A stretch of DNA of 64,000 nt from an uncultured virus (IMG/VR IMGVR_UViG_3300025168_000066) (taxonomy: Duplodnaviria > Heunggongvirae > Uroviricota > Caudoviricetes): the IMG/VR virus record IMGVR_UViG_3300025168_000066; one strand, given 5' to 3'. Position numbers and translations under genes: made by a program. Below the pieces are notes generated by a model. That model saw only the letters and a list, made by a program, of their open reading frames with translations, ran no database searches and was not told the origin of the DNA. This document shows, one piece after another, positions 29,201-37,529 of this stretch. Numbering within the stretch: the stretch's first letter is position 1; every line of letters starts with the position of its first letter.

Positions 29201-30764
29201 ATACATCAAAGCCTCCATTTTGAATAGCTTCAAATGCATTGTACATAATAAGTTTATTTTGAGCGTCTTTAAATGCTTTTATATTTCCTTCTTGTTTACT
29301 TTGTTCCATTTGCGTTAAAGCAGCTGTCATCATCTTTGATGTCATTCCTTTATTAGCAGCATTTCTTAAATATCCACCATTTAATAAATCAGTTAAATAT
29401 TTAGCATTCTTTTTTCTTTGTGCGTAAGGCTTTTGCACTGCGCTAGTAACACCAGAAATACCTCCCCCTACTATGGCTCCAACTAACATAGACTCTAATC
29501 CTTCTTGTGTTCCAAACGTTTCATTAAGGCCTTTTAACATAGATTGACTCATATCTGCAGATCCTCCATTAAAATATTTATCTGTGTGATAGTCTATTGC
29601 TCCTACTTTAGATGCAAATTGCCATCCCTCTTGAAAAGCTTCAGTAAGAGCTCCTTCAGCAGTAGGCTTAAATCTTGATAACCCTGTTCTAAATAATCCT
29701 CTACCAGCTGTTTTGTCTATAACAGATTTAGTAGCGGCATCTAAAGCTACGTCTCTATTTATTTTAGATGCTGTTTTAAATCCTGCTAGTTGTTTACCAA
29801 ACATAAGTAAGTTAGTACCAGTTAATACTGGTAACTGCATTAAAAAATCTGCATTACCTGCAGAGTACGAAGCATTTAATATGTTTTCAAGAACTTTGTT
29901 TCCTAATTCAAACTCTTTTTCTAATCCTCTTTTTTCAAGTTCTAGATTTACTAGTCCTTCATATGCTTGTTTTTGAGCTTCTCTTGCTTCTACAGACGCT
30001 TCTGCTAAAGACATGTATAATCCCATTTCTAACATATTAGCAGATTTAAGTATTGCCTGACCTCTGTTTGTTTTAAAAGCTTTATCTGCTAGTTTAGTAC
30101 CGTTTGTAATAGCTTTAGAAACGTTATATATACTTTTAGATTTAGCTGCTTTAGATATAAGATTTGTTCCTCTCATTATTGCTCCTGTACCTCCTGTTAA
30201 AAACATAGTAGCAATAGATCCTAAACTATACCCAGCACCATTTGCTACAGTATCTGCCCAAAAGTTAGCAGTTCCTAGTTTTTGACCTGTAGTCATATCT
30301 ATTTCTGCTTGAGTTCTGTAATTAGGCATAGCTTCACGCATCCAATCGTTAGCCTTATCTACACTTTGCCCTATAAAATTATCATAGTAATATCCTGAAC
30401 CTAAAAATAATTCTCCAATCCCTGCTACTACTCCTAATGTGTTTTCTGCAACAGCTCCTACAGTTGTAACTAATGCTTTACTTATACCGTTAAGCCATTT
30501 TTCTCCTGTGCCTTGATTCTTAGCTCTTTCATCGTCCCAATTAAAATGCCTAGTAGTAGGTACGTCATATTTTTTATATTTACTTAAATCATCAGTGTAA
30601 ATATTTGTAAAGTTTATAGTATCAAACGGATCTATTCTAGAAATTCTATCTAAAGATTTTTTATCTATCTCTGGATTATATACTATTGGCATACCTTTGC
30701 TAGGCGTTTTAGGCGTAACATCAGGTAAATTAGTTTGACTGCTTATTGTTATAGGTATTCCCAT
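26217..30764 (-). CDS. Giant virion ejection/cargo protein (membrane-interacting N-terminal half)
   Basis: 1515 aa; Gly/Ala-rich hydrophobic segments, E..QEGWQF motif, long charged coiled coil; upstream of vRNAP. Confidence 0.7.
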   Translation of the reverse strand: MGIPITISSQTNLPDVTPKTPSKGMPIVYNPEIDKKSLDRISRIDPFDTINFTNIYTDDLSKYKKYDVPTTRHFNWDDERAKNQGTGEKWLNGISKALVTTVGAVAENTLGVVAGIGELFLGSGYYYDNFIGQSVDKANDWMREAMPNYRTQAEIDMTTGQKLGTANFWADTVANGAGYSLGSIATMFLTGGTGAIMRGTNLISKAAKSKSIYNVSKAITNGTKLADKAFKTNRGQAILKSANMLEMGLYMSLAEASVEAREAQKQAYEGLVNLELEKRGLEKEFELGNKVLENILNASYSAGNADFLMQLPVLTGTNLLMFGKQLAGFKTASKINRDVALDAATKSVIDKTAGRGLFRTGLSRFKPTAEGALTEAFQEGWQFASKVGAIDYHTDKYFNGGSADMSQSMLKGLNETFGTQEGLESMLVGAIVGGGISGVTSAVQKPYAQRKKNAKYLTDLLNGGYLRNAANKGMTSKMMTAALTQMEQSKQEGNIKAFKDAQNKLIMYNAFEAIQNGGFDVFMEKLNDAASLSDVEFAKSFGYNTEESIKDQTGKTKEEIVENLREKYKSFKETYDSINKAFPSQDPKTGLPRMRMTEAERKAEETVYQRREGLRAQLILGMYGIKDRNSRLKSIHDKMQGILDGSVNLNNGSIMKDILALPEFGGTKAEDYTAKEEQANVKKRLEEVLGLLIKNNVDPLKIQEFSKEAGDYLDLLAENQVAVEAHIKLSSNEYSQELFEEERVKREEQAKQAAKDLKNKKEIRDAKTEKDIKENVEDAKDEVKVDADIKEKELKAQEQQEKKKYLDYYEGLPIEQQILNLKAIDQTTLTDSELEGLKKAIEELEYEVNNKEQIEKEKQVEKEDEPVGDLADIQVEEESAPPKRQIKTKSDPAQLSLEDMLPMEETEDAPVLSISLKENPTLWVTNKKKVGVDGNGIPNLQEGDTLDGKPIVINQSVLLGDAVGREITFEIIENDFFTQNHKGKPTEAEQTPIYIRLDGELIGTLPAGLGAERVAILEKLKAGEKVTTKISEIIANNYNNAVLSEATDTSYFYNIEEEIGGGSRNNVLLAFTSGVPGETDIVQWQVSDVSPDKNQKDLPKIKASVQTEQTSGRIDQIAVVARPENVPGGKPRIVLTSTANLSEAAKKKVVEAIQNKNYGLAAQIVAASVQPQNADKNPSFLTFDTFRGGEQYLVYYSPRLEKLIRITESEMIKALNTQKASYNIVELVEDSTGSTFISRGKRNTESDKFNLKEDFESFLNNKKYHVDKGFANTTEQYVSPVTGLTYNDYQEYLFSSTETGNRVQGEGHYSILSVDTTRINESLFNNPRVTFERGNLFGKTAQEVIEESKLEPSTEAPAAKKTQYSSKLKEIFDRRKLATKTDLKNSQLIKDIRVDKTQSKDIKPNKADKNLASIMLYGKTYNELLDQGLPEEALESETLAYRILNDLQFNINDLLFYKEIVQIDPSIAATLTKNENSVKEYFESDIFEQAEQQMSKEAPVVPQNFKDKFNKKNCK

Positions 30765-33286
30765 TAGTAAATATAATCTTCTGTTCCGTTTTCTTTTACA
30801 TACTTTTCAATGTATTCTAAGCCTACTTTTTCTGACATAGGTTTATAACTACCATCTGCTTGTCTTACATGTATAGGGTAATCTGGGTCACTCTTATACT
30901 TAAACACTACACCATTAACTTCTTGTGTTCCTTTTGTTGGATCATTTTCATCTACTTGTACTTCATGTCTAAATAACTTAGGCTCCCATTCATCTACATT
31001 TGCCCACTGTCCTCTAGCATAAAGTGATCTTACTCTATATCCTGTTGAATTTGTATAAGTGTCTACTGAAGGCATATTAAATTGACTTGCTTTAATATGA
31101 AAAGTTTTAATTTTACCTTCACTTTTTACAGCTATAACCATAAGAGGAGTACCATCTACCATAGATATATTAGATAATCCTGACTGTTCTGGAATTATTT
31201 TAAATTCTTTATCACCATAAGTTTCTTCCATTACTTTATCCCATGGTTGAGGTTCATTACTAACATCACTGTACGTTGCAAAAGCTCCTGGAATACCTTC
31301 TTTTATAGTATCTCTTATTTCTTTTCTAGTATCTTTAGTGTTATCACCAAAACTTGTAGCTATAGTGTCATCAAATTTAATTTGTTGAGTATTTAAATGT
31401 TTTTCTATTCCTTTTTCAAATCTACTTACTTCTTTATCATAATTACTAGCAAACTTTAAATAGTTCATTGCTAAACCAGCATATATTTCTTTTCTACCTA
31501 GCTTATTTACAGCAGCATTTGGATAACCTAAAGGAACTATTCCAGAGTTTTCTATGTCATTTGGATCAAGATTTTGTTCTCCTAATACTCTTAATAATTC
31601 TGTTTGAAATGCATGTCCTTGTAAAAGCTTATTATTTGGACTAGAAGCAAAAGCGTTATTATCTCTCATCCAATCCATTGCGTCTTTAACTGTTGCATCA
31701 GCTGGTAATTGAGGACCTGTTCTTTTACCTCCTTCTTCATCTTCTGTTTCAAAAGTTGGAGATTGTAGTGCTTTAAGTAACATTTCTCCTGTAACTTGAA
31801 ATCCTCCTCCATAAGAATCTGAATCTGTTGCATATTTATTACTAAGCTCTTGATCATAAACTTCTTTAGTTTTACCTCCTGTTGCATTAAGAATAGCATC
31901 TTCTATTTGAAGTTCCATTAAATCTACATTGTCTTGATTTCTTTTAACTAATTTGGATTCACTTTTTATATCTTGTGCTACAAGATTATACTTTAAAGCC
32001 ATTGCTTCTACATCTTCATCTGTATTAACATTTAACATATCAGAAGTAAAATCTTCTCCAAATTTTGTATTTCTAGAATCTAGTAAATTTTGAGACTCGT
32101 TTTGAAAAGCTCTTTTATCTTTTAATGTTTTACCTCCTAATACATCTGCAGTTAAAGCCCCACTAACTTCTCCTTGTATAATTACTTGACTATCATTTGG
32201 CGTTAAACTTCCAATACCGTCTTCATCTAGTACTGTAATATCTTCTGATCTAGCTTGATTACTATAAACATATTTATTTTGTGCGTCTTGTAAATATTGT
32301 TTATTTAAATCATCATGAGTTATACTAAGTAGAGTACTTTGCGCTCCATTTTTATCAGAATTTTCTATAATTTTTTCTTTATATTCTTCAAATTCTTCTA
32401 TTCTTTCTGCTTTTTTATCGTCTGTTAAGTCTTCATCAGATATTGTATCATCTATTCTACTATCTATTATAGATAAAGCTTCATTTAGTTTTTCTTGTGA
32501 TTCTTCTTCAGTAAACATATAAGTACTAAGATCTGCTTCTTGTCTAAGATAAGAGGATACATCGTCTCTTTTTAACACTGCCCCAGTTACGTTATAAACT
32601 AAATCAGAGTCTACTTCTCCTAGTATTTGGTCTCCTTTTTTAATTAGCCATACAGGAGCTCCTGCATCTTCACCTGGTTTTAGTTTTCCATAGCTATCTA
32701 AAACTATTTCAAAATTACCGTCACGAAGTTCATATCCTTCTATTTTTGTTTGTCTTGCTACAACATCTTTCATTGCTTTAGCAAACTCATCATTTACATC
32801 TACATAGTTAGCAACACCTGCCCCAGAAAAATAAGAGTCTTGGTCTACAGTTCCTGAAGGAGTATACTGAATACCTTTATATCTAGATTTAGATTGTGCT
32901 ATTTTTCTTTGTTTTATAGAATCTGTTATATCTCCTTTAGATACTTTTTCATTTAACATAGTTTCATACGCAGTGTATAGATCTTTACTCCTTTTGATAG
33001 GAGTATAATCTTTAACAAACCCCATAGCATCTCTATGTATAGTCATGCCTAAATTTTCATAATCTGTTCTTTGAGCTCTTTCATCAATACCAGCATTATA
33101 TTTATCAGCCAAAGTATATAATGTTTCATTATCTTCTTCTAAAGCTTCCATATTCATAATAGACGTAGACAATGCATTATCTGCTTGCATGTTAGCCATG
33201 TACTCTTGCCTTTTTAACTGGTTAACTTGTACTGACCCAGTGTCTTTGTACATTGATTGGTATTGTGGTAGTTCGTATTTTGCCAT
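30764..33286 (-). CDS. Virion cargo/ejection protein
   Basis: 840-aa acidic, Cys-free ORF inside the cargo gene cluster. Confidence 0.6.
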   Translation of the reverse strand: MAKYELPQYQSMYKDTGSVQVNQLKRQEYMANMQADNALSTSIMNMEALEEDNETLYTLADKYNAGIDERAQRTDYENLGMTIHRDAMGFVKDYTPIKRSKDLYTAYETMLNEKVSKGDITDSIKQRKIAQSKSRYKGIQYTPSGTVDQDSYFSGAGVANYVDVNDEFAKAMKDVVARQTKIEGYELRDGNFEIVLDSYGKLKPGEDAGAPVWLIKKGDQILGEVDSDLVYNVTGAVLKRDDVSSYLRQEADLSTYMFTEEESQEKLNEALSIIDSRIDDTISDEDLTDDKKAERIEEFEEYKEKIIENSDKNGAQSTLLSITHDDLNKQYLQDAQNKYVYSNQARSEDITVLDEDGIGSLTPNDSQVIIQGEVSGALTADVLGGKTLKDKRAFQNESQNLLDSRNTKFGEDFTSDMLNVNTDEDVEAMALKYNLVAQDIKSESKLVKRNQDNVDLMELQIEDAILNATGGKTKEVYDQELSNKYATDSDSYGGGFQVTGEMLLKALQSPTFETEDEEGGKRTGPQLPADATVKDAMDWMRDNNAFASSPNNKLLQGHAFQTELLRVLGEQNLDPNDIENSGIVPLGYPNAAVNKLGRKEIYAGLAMNYLKFASNYDKEVSRFEKGIEKHLNTQQIKFDDTIATSFGDNTKDTRKEIRDTIKEGIPGAFATYSDVSNEPQPWDKVMEETYGDKEFKIIPEQSGLSNISMVDGTPLMVIAVKSEGKIKTFHIKASQFNMPSVDTYTNSTGYRVRSLYARGQWANVDEWEPKLFRHEVQVDENDPTKGTQEVNGVVFKYKSDPDYPIHVRQADGSYKPMSEKVGLEYIEKYVKENGTEDYIY

Positions 33287-33289
33287 AAT

Positions 33290-36200
33290 TTATGATTTTA
33301 GTCCTGATGCCATAAGAGCAATGTCTTGATCTGTGTAGGCGTTTCCAGTTGCTGGATTTATTTTTCCTGAATACAATGATTTAAGTCTATCTCTTTCATA
33401 TATACCATATAAACCTTGTGCTTTTGCTACTCTTTCATCTGCTTTATATTGCATAGAATCTCCCATTACCCCTGCTATACCTTGAGAGAAATTATTTAAA
33501 ATATTCATTCTATTTGTAACTTTTTCATTTTGCTGTGCATTTCTTAAATTTGTATTAGCATTTTCAACAGCTGCAAATCTGTCTGCTTCTCTTTGAGCCA
33601 TTTGAGCGTTTGTTGTAGAAGCTGCTAATGCATTTTGTGCGTTTCTAGCATCTGCTTGCTCTTTACTTTTCTTAGTTAAGTTTTCAGCTGTTATTTGATC
33701 TTTAGATTCTTGTGCTCCTAATGTTCCTTCAGCTGCTAATTTTTTAGCAAATAAAGCTTGTCTATTAGATAGTCCAGCTGCACCTGCTCCAGACGTGTCT
33801 AAAAATCTTTGTTGTCCTGTATAAGCACTAGCTAATCTAGCTCTTGCTTCATTTTGATTAGGTGCATCATATACTTGACCTTTAACTCTTTCTGCTATAA
33901 TTGGGTTTTCAAATCCAGAATTATATTTAAACTCTTCTAGATCTTTTTGTTTTGTAAGCATTGCTCCAATAGCTGGTAAAAATTGTGCGGCTGCTCCTAT
34001 CTTAGCCTCTAAAGGCATGCCAGGATTTAATTGTCTATTTATTTTTCTTGCAATTTTTCTTTGTTGTCTGTTGTATTTTTTCTCAGATAATATTCCTCCT
34101 TCTGGAATTTCTCCTGACATTTGTGTTCTAGCTAAATAAGCGTCATAAGTATTATCAATACCTTTAGCTAAATCTACTTCTTCTTGTGACATACCTACAA
34201 CACCTGCATCATTTAAAGCTGAAGGTTCAGAAGGCTCAAAGTAATCAGGATTTTTTATGTAATCCATTCTTCCTGGTCCTGCAGAAATAAATTTAGGTAT
34301 TCCTTCATTAATATCAGTACTCTGCGCTAGTTCCGGTTCAGGCATTTCATTAGGTATCTGCTGCATTTCTACAGTCTTTATAGCCAAAGGTCCGTCATTA
34401 AGATTTCTATCGTTAGATAATATATTATACTCTTCTTGTTGTTCTGGAGTAAGTTCTCTTCCTTGATCTACAAACAATTGTAAGTTTCTTAGCTTTCTTC
34501 TTTTTTGTTCTACTATAGGAGGTCTTCTATCTTCTCTTCTTTGAAGTCTTTCCATATTTTTATTAAATTGGTCTTCACCTACAATTTGATTATCTCTTCT
34601 TTCAGCTTGCATTCTTTCTACATATTCATCAAAAGTTTCTCCTAATATTCCTCCTTGCTCATATTTCATAACACCCCCTAGTTTAGCTACTTGCTTAGGA
34701 TCTCTATTAGCAGCTTTTTCTTGCATTTTTGCTAGCATATTAATTTGTTCTTGTCCTCCTCCATTTTGTAATATATTTTTATGTTGTTGTGCGTATGACA
34801 TTCCCCCCTTCTTTAAATGATCAGAAAAGAAATAGTCTTTTGGACCTCCTTTACTCATTACTACTTTATCCATAGTTTCTCCTTCTAAAGGAGTTCCGTC
34901 AGGAGCAAATCCTCCTCCCTCAACTTCTGTTTGTTCATCTACACCAATACCACCTTGATCATGAGTTGCTCCTTTAAATACTACAGCATCACTCCCTGGT
35001 ATAGGTTCCATAGTTCCACCCGGTAAATTAACTCCTCCTTCATTATACATTTTTCGCATTCCTCCATCTTCTAAACTATTAAACATATTATTAGTTTGTT
35101 CTCCTGTAAATCTATTTATTCCGTTTTCATCAGTAACAGTAGAACCTTGACCTAGGTCTCCTGATCCTAACAGCATACTTGGAAGAGTTAAAGATTTAGC
35201 TCCTCTACCTAAAGCTCCTGCTACTCTAGGTATTGCTTTAAGTGCTTTAAGTCCAAAAGACGCTGCTTTATTAAAGTATCCTCCATCATTATACTCTCTC
35301 ATTCCTCCGTCTTCAAAATTAAGTCCAATACCTGCTTTAATTCCTTTATTTTGCATATCATATCCTACATTACCTCTTAAAGCCCCGTAACTTCCATACA
35401 ATCCTACATCTTTTAAATTTTTATTCATTACATCATAGTTACCATATGCTCCTGCTTCAAACCCTGCTCTGCCTCTAGACCAATCATGAGCACCATTTAA
35501 ATTTTTTCTTTTAAATCCTACCTGACCATAAGCATCTAAATTTGTACCAAATGTAGGATTAGCTCCTGTTAAGCCTTGTATGCCAGCATTTCCTCTTAGT
35601 CCTCCAGCAATAATAGGTGCTCCAGATCTAGTGTCTCCACGGCCAAGGGAAGCTTGTAACCCAGCACCTAATTCTGCACTTGTAGTTCCAGTTCCTGTAT
35701 TATAATTAAATCCTAAATCACTTTGTAATGTTAAAGGAGATTCTGTATCTCCACATTGAGTAACTCCAGGACCACAATTATAAGAGTTTGTTTTTTTAAG
35801 ACTAAGGTCCATTCCACCATCTTCATATTGTCTAGTTCCTCCATCTTGAAGATTAAAATTTAATCCTGCAGTAGGCATTTTAGTTTTAAAATTATAACCC
35901 ATATTACCTTCTATTCCTAAACCTCTAAATAATCCTCGTTTTGTAAGGCCATTTCTTTTTGCTGTTACTCCAAGGTATCCTCCTGCGTTTGGAGCATTTT
36001 CAGTTCCATAAGAACCTTTTATACCAAACTGTGTTTTTTTATCAAAACTATTTTGGTATAAAGATAAATCAGCATTTCCATAAACACCAGTATTTGGTTG
36101 TCCATTTATAGACCCACCTCCAATACCTGCTCCTATTGTAGATTCAAAAGAAGCGTCTGAATTATTTATATTTTTATTTAAGTAAGCTTCTAATCCTCCT

Positions 36201-36439
36201 GCTGCATAGTCTTCATTTTTACTAAATCTATTTTGATTTACAAGTCTTAAACCGGCTCCACTAGGAATAGCGTATTGTCCTTTTGTTCCTTCTAATAAAG
36301 GAACGCTCATTTTAGTAGTTAACGCTGGGGTATTGTTTGAGTTTAAACTTGAGCCTACTGATAAATAAGGATCAAGAGATCCCATAGTTTGATTTATTTT
36401 ATACTTACCTGTTAATTTTTTTAATATGTTATTTTTCAT
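33290..36439 (-). CDS. Modular virion cargo protein (beta-rich modules, GG linkers, THxxGG/EVEGG domain, coiled-coil tail)
   Basis: GATHDQGGI...EVEGG...GET...FFSDHL domain of the kind seen in crAss-like virion proteins; four xxGG...YxxGG linkers. Confidence 0.6.
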   Translation of the reverse strand: MKNNILKKLTGKYKINQTMGSLDPYLSVGSSLNSNNTPALTTKMSVPLLEGTKGQYAIPSGAGLRLVNQNRFSKNEDYAAGGLEAYLNKNINNSDASFESTIGAGIGGGSINGQPNTGVYGNADLSLYQNSFDKKTQFGIKGSYGTENAPNAGGYLGVTAKRNGLTKRGLFRGLGIEGNMGYNFKTKMPTAGLNFNLQDGGTRQYEDGGMDLSLKKTNSYNCGPGVTQCGDTESPLTLQSDLGFNYNTGTGTTSAELGAGLQASLGRGDTRSGAPIIAGGLRGNAGIQGLTGANPTFGTNLDAYGQVGFKRKNLNGAHDWSRGRAGFEAGAYGNYDVMNKNLKDVGLYGSYGALRGNVGYDMQNKGIKAGIGLNFEDGGMREYNDGGYFNKAASFGLKALKAIPRVAGALGRGAKSLTLPSMLLGSGDLGQGSTVTDENGINRFTGEQTNNMFNSLEDGGMRKMYNEGGVNLPGGTMEPIPGSDAVVFKGATHDQGGIGVDEQTEVEGGGFAPDGTPLEGETMDKVVMSKGGPKDYFFSDHLKKGGMSYAQQHKNILQNGGGQEQINMLAKMQEKAANRDPKQVAKLGGVMKYEQGGILGETFDEYVERMQAERRDNQIVGEDQFNKNMERLQRREDRRPPIVEQKRRKLRNLQLFVDQGRELTPEQQEEYNILSNDRNLNDGPLAIKTVEMQQIPNEMPEPELAQSTDINEGIPKFISAGPGRMDYIKNPDYFEPSEPSALNDAGVVGMSQEEVDLAKGIDNTYDAYLARTQMSGEIPEGGILSEKKYNRQQRKIARKINRQLNPGMPLEAKIGAAAQFLPAIGAMLTKQKDLEEFKYNSGFENPIIAERVKGQVYDAPNQNEARARLASAYTGQQRFLDTSGAGAAGLSNRQALFAKKLAAEGTLGAQESKDQITAENLTKKSKEQADARNAQNALAASTTNAQMAQREADRFAAVENANTNLRNAQQNEKVTNRMNILNNFSQGIAGVMGDSMQYKADERVAKAQGLYGIYERDRLKSLYSGKINPATGNAYTDQDIALMASGLKS

Positions 36440-36451
36440 TCTTTTATATTT

Positions 36452-37528
36452 TTAGTTACCGTATCTTGGAATTCCCATTCTTAATCCTCCAAGCATTGCG
36501 GTTGTATTTCTCCCTAAATCATATCCGGAAAAAGTTTTACTTTTTAATTGAGCAGCTCTAACACCTGCTTGTGAAGTTAAAAGAGTTGATTTTTGTTCAG
36601 TATTAAACTTATTTATTTCTCGTTTTCTTTTATTTTCTATTTGTCTTTTTTCTCTTCTAGCTTTACCTCTTTGTACAAGACCTTTACCCAAACCATATAT
36701 AGCTCCAAGGGTACCACCAACAAGAGTTCCTACTGGACCTAATGTAGATCCTGCTAGCATTGCGGTAGTAGCTGCAGCTCCAATTCCTGTTCCAATTCCT
36801 GATAAAGTAGCGCCTGCTCCTTCACCAAATTTCATTGTAGTAGCGTCTCCATCGTCAGCTAATTTACTAACTCCTGCTCCTGCCAGACTTGCTATAGTTC
36901 CAATGCCCGCTCCTGATGTAGCAAAGCTTTTTAAACCTGCTCCTATAGAACTCCCTTGTTTAACTATGTTTCCTGCAGCATTAGTTACTATTGTTTTACC
37001 AGTTTCAGCAGAAGACATTACTGATCCTCCTGCTTTCTGTGCTAGGCTTGCTGCTTTGCTAGCTGCTTTAGCATTAGTTATAGCATTTACACCTGTTGAT
37101 GCATTAAACGTAGTAGCTTTTGCTGCTAAGTTACTAGCTTTAGTAATTCTACCTGCACTTACTGCGGATGCAAAAGGATTAGAAGTTTTGCTTCTGTTTT
37201 CAGGTTTTATAAATTTGTCTGCTATTTGTGTAAGACCACTTACTCCTGCGTCTAACCCGGCTGTTGCATTTGCTCCAGCAGCTTCAATTTTTTGATCATC
37301 AAATTGTTTATCTTGTTCTATTTGATCAGAAACTTTTGATGCCTGTTCTTGTAAAAGTGTAGTATCTCGTGTTAATTTTTCTTCTTGGGCTCTTAGAACT
37401 TGTGGATCACTTTCTTCTTGTACAATATTAGTCGTAGAAAGTGCAGCAGGTATAGTATTACTAGAATACATTCCTCCAGGTTTATAAAGTTTTCTATCTT
37501 TTCTTTTTTTAAGTTTTTTTAATGCCAT
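36452..37528 (-). CDS. Glycine-zipper membrane-inserting cargo protein
   Basis: Ala/Gly-rich hydrophobic helices (GIGTGIGAAATTAMLAGSTLGPVGTLVGGTLGAIYGL) followed by a basic coiled coil; Cys-free. Confidence 0.6.
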   Translation of the reverse strand: MALKKLKKRKDRKLYKPGGMYSSNTIPAALSTTNIVQEESDPQVLRAQEEKLTRDTTLLQEQASKVSDQIEQDKQFDDQKIEAAGANATAGLDAGVSGLTQIADKFIKPENRSKTSNPFASAVSAGRITKASNLAAKATTFNASTGVNAITNAKAASKAASLAQKAGGSVMSSAETGKTIVTNAAGNIVKQGSSIGAGLKSFATSGAGIGTIASLAGAGVSKLADDGDATTMKFGEGAGATLSGIGTGIGAAATTAMLAGSTLGPVGTLVGGTLGAIYGLGKGLVQRGKARREKRQIENKRKREINKFNTEQKSTLLTSQAGVRAAQLKSKTFSGYDLGRNTTAMLGGLRMGIPRYGN

Positions 37529-37529
37529 A

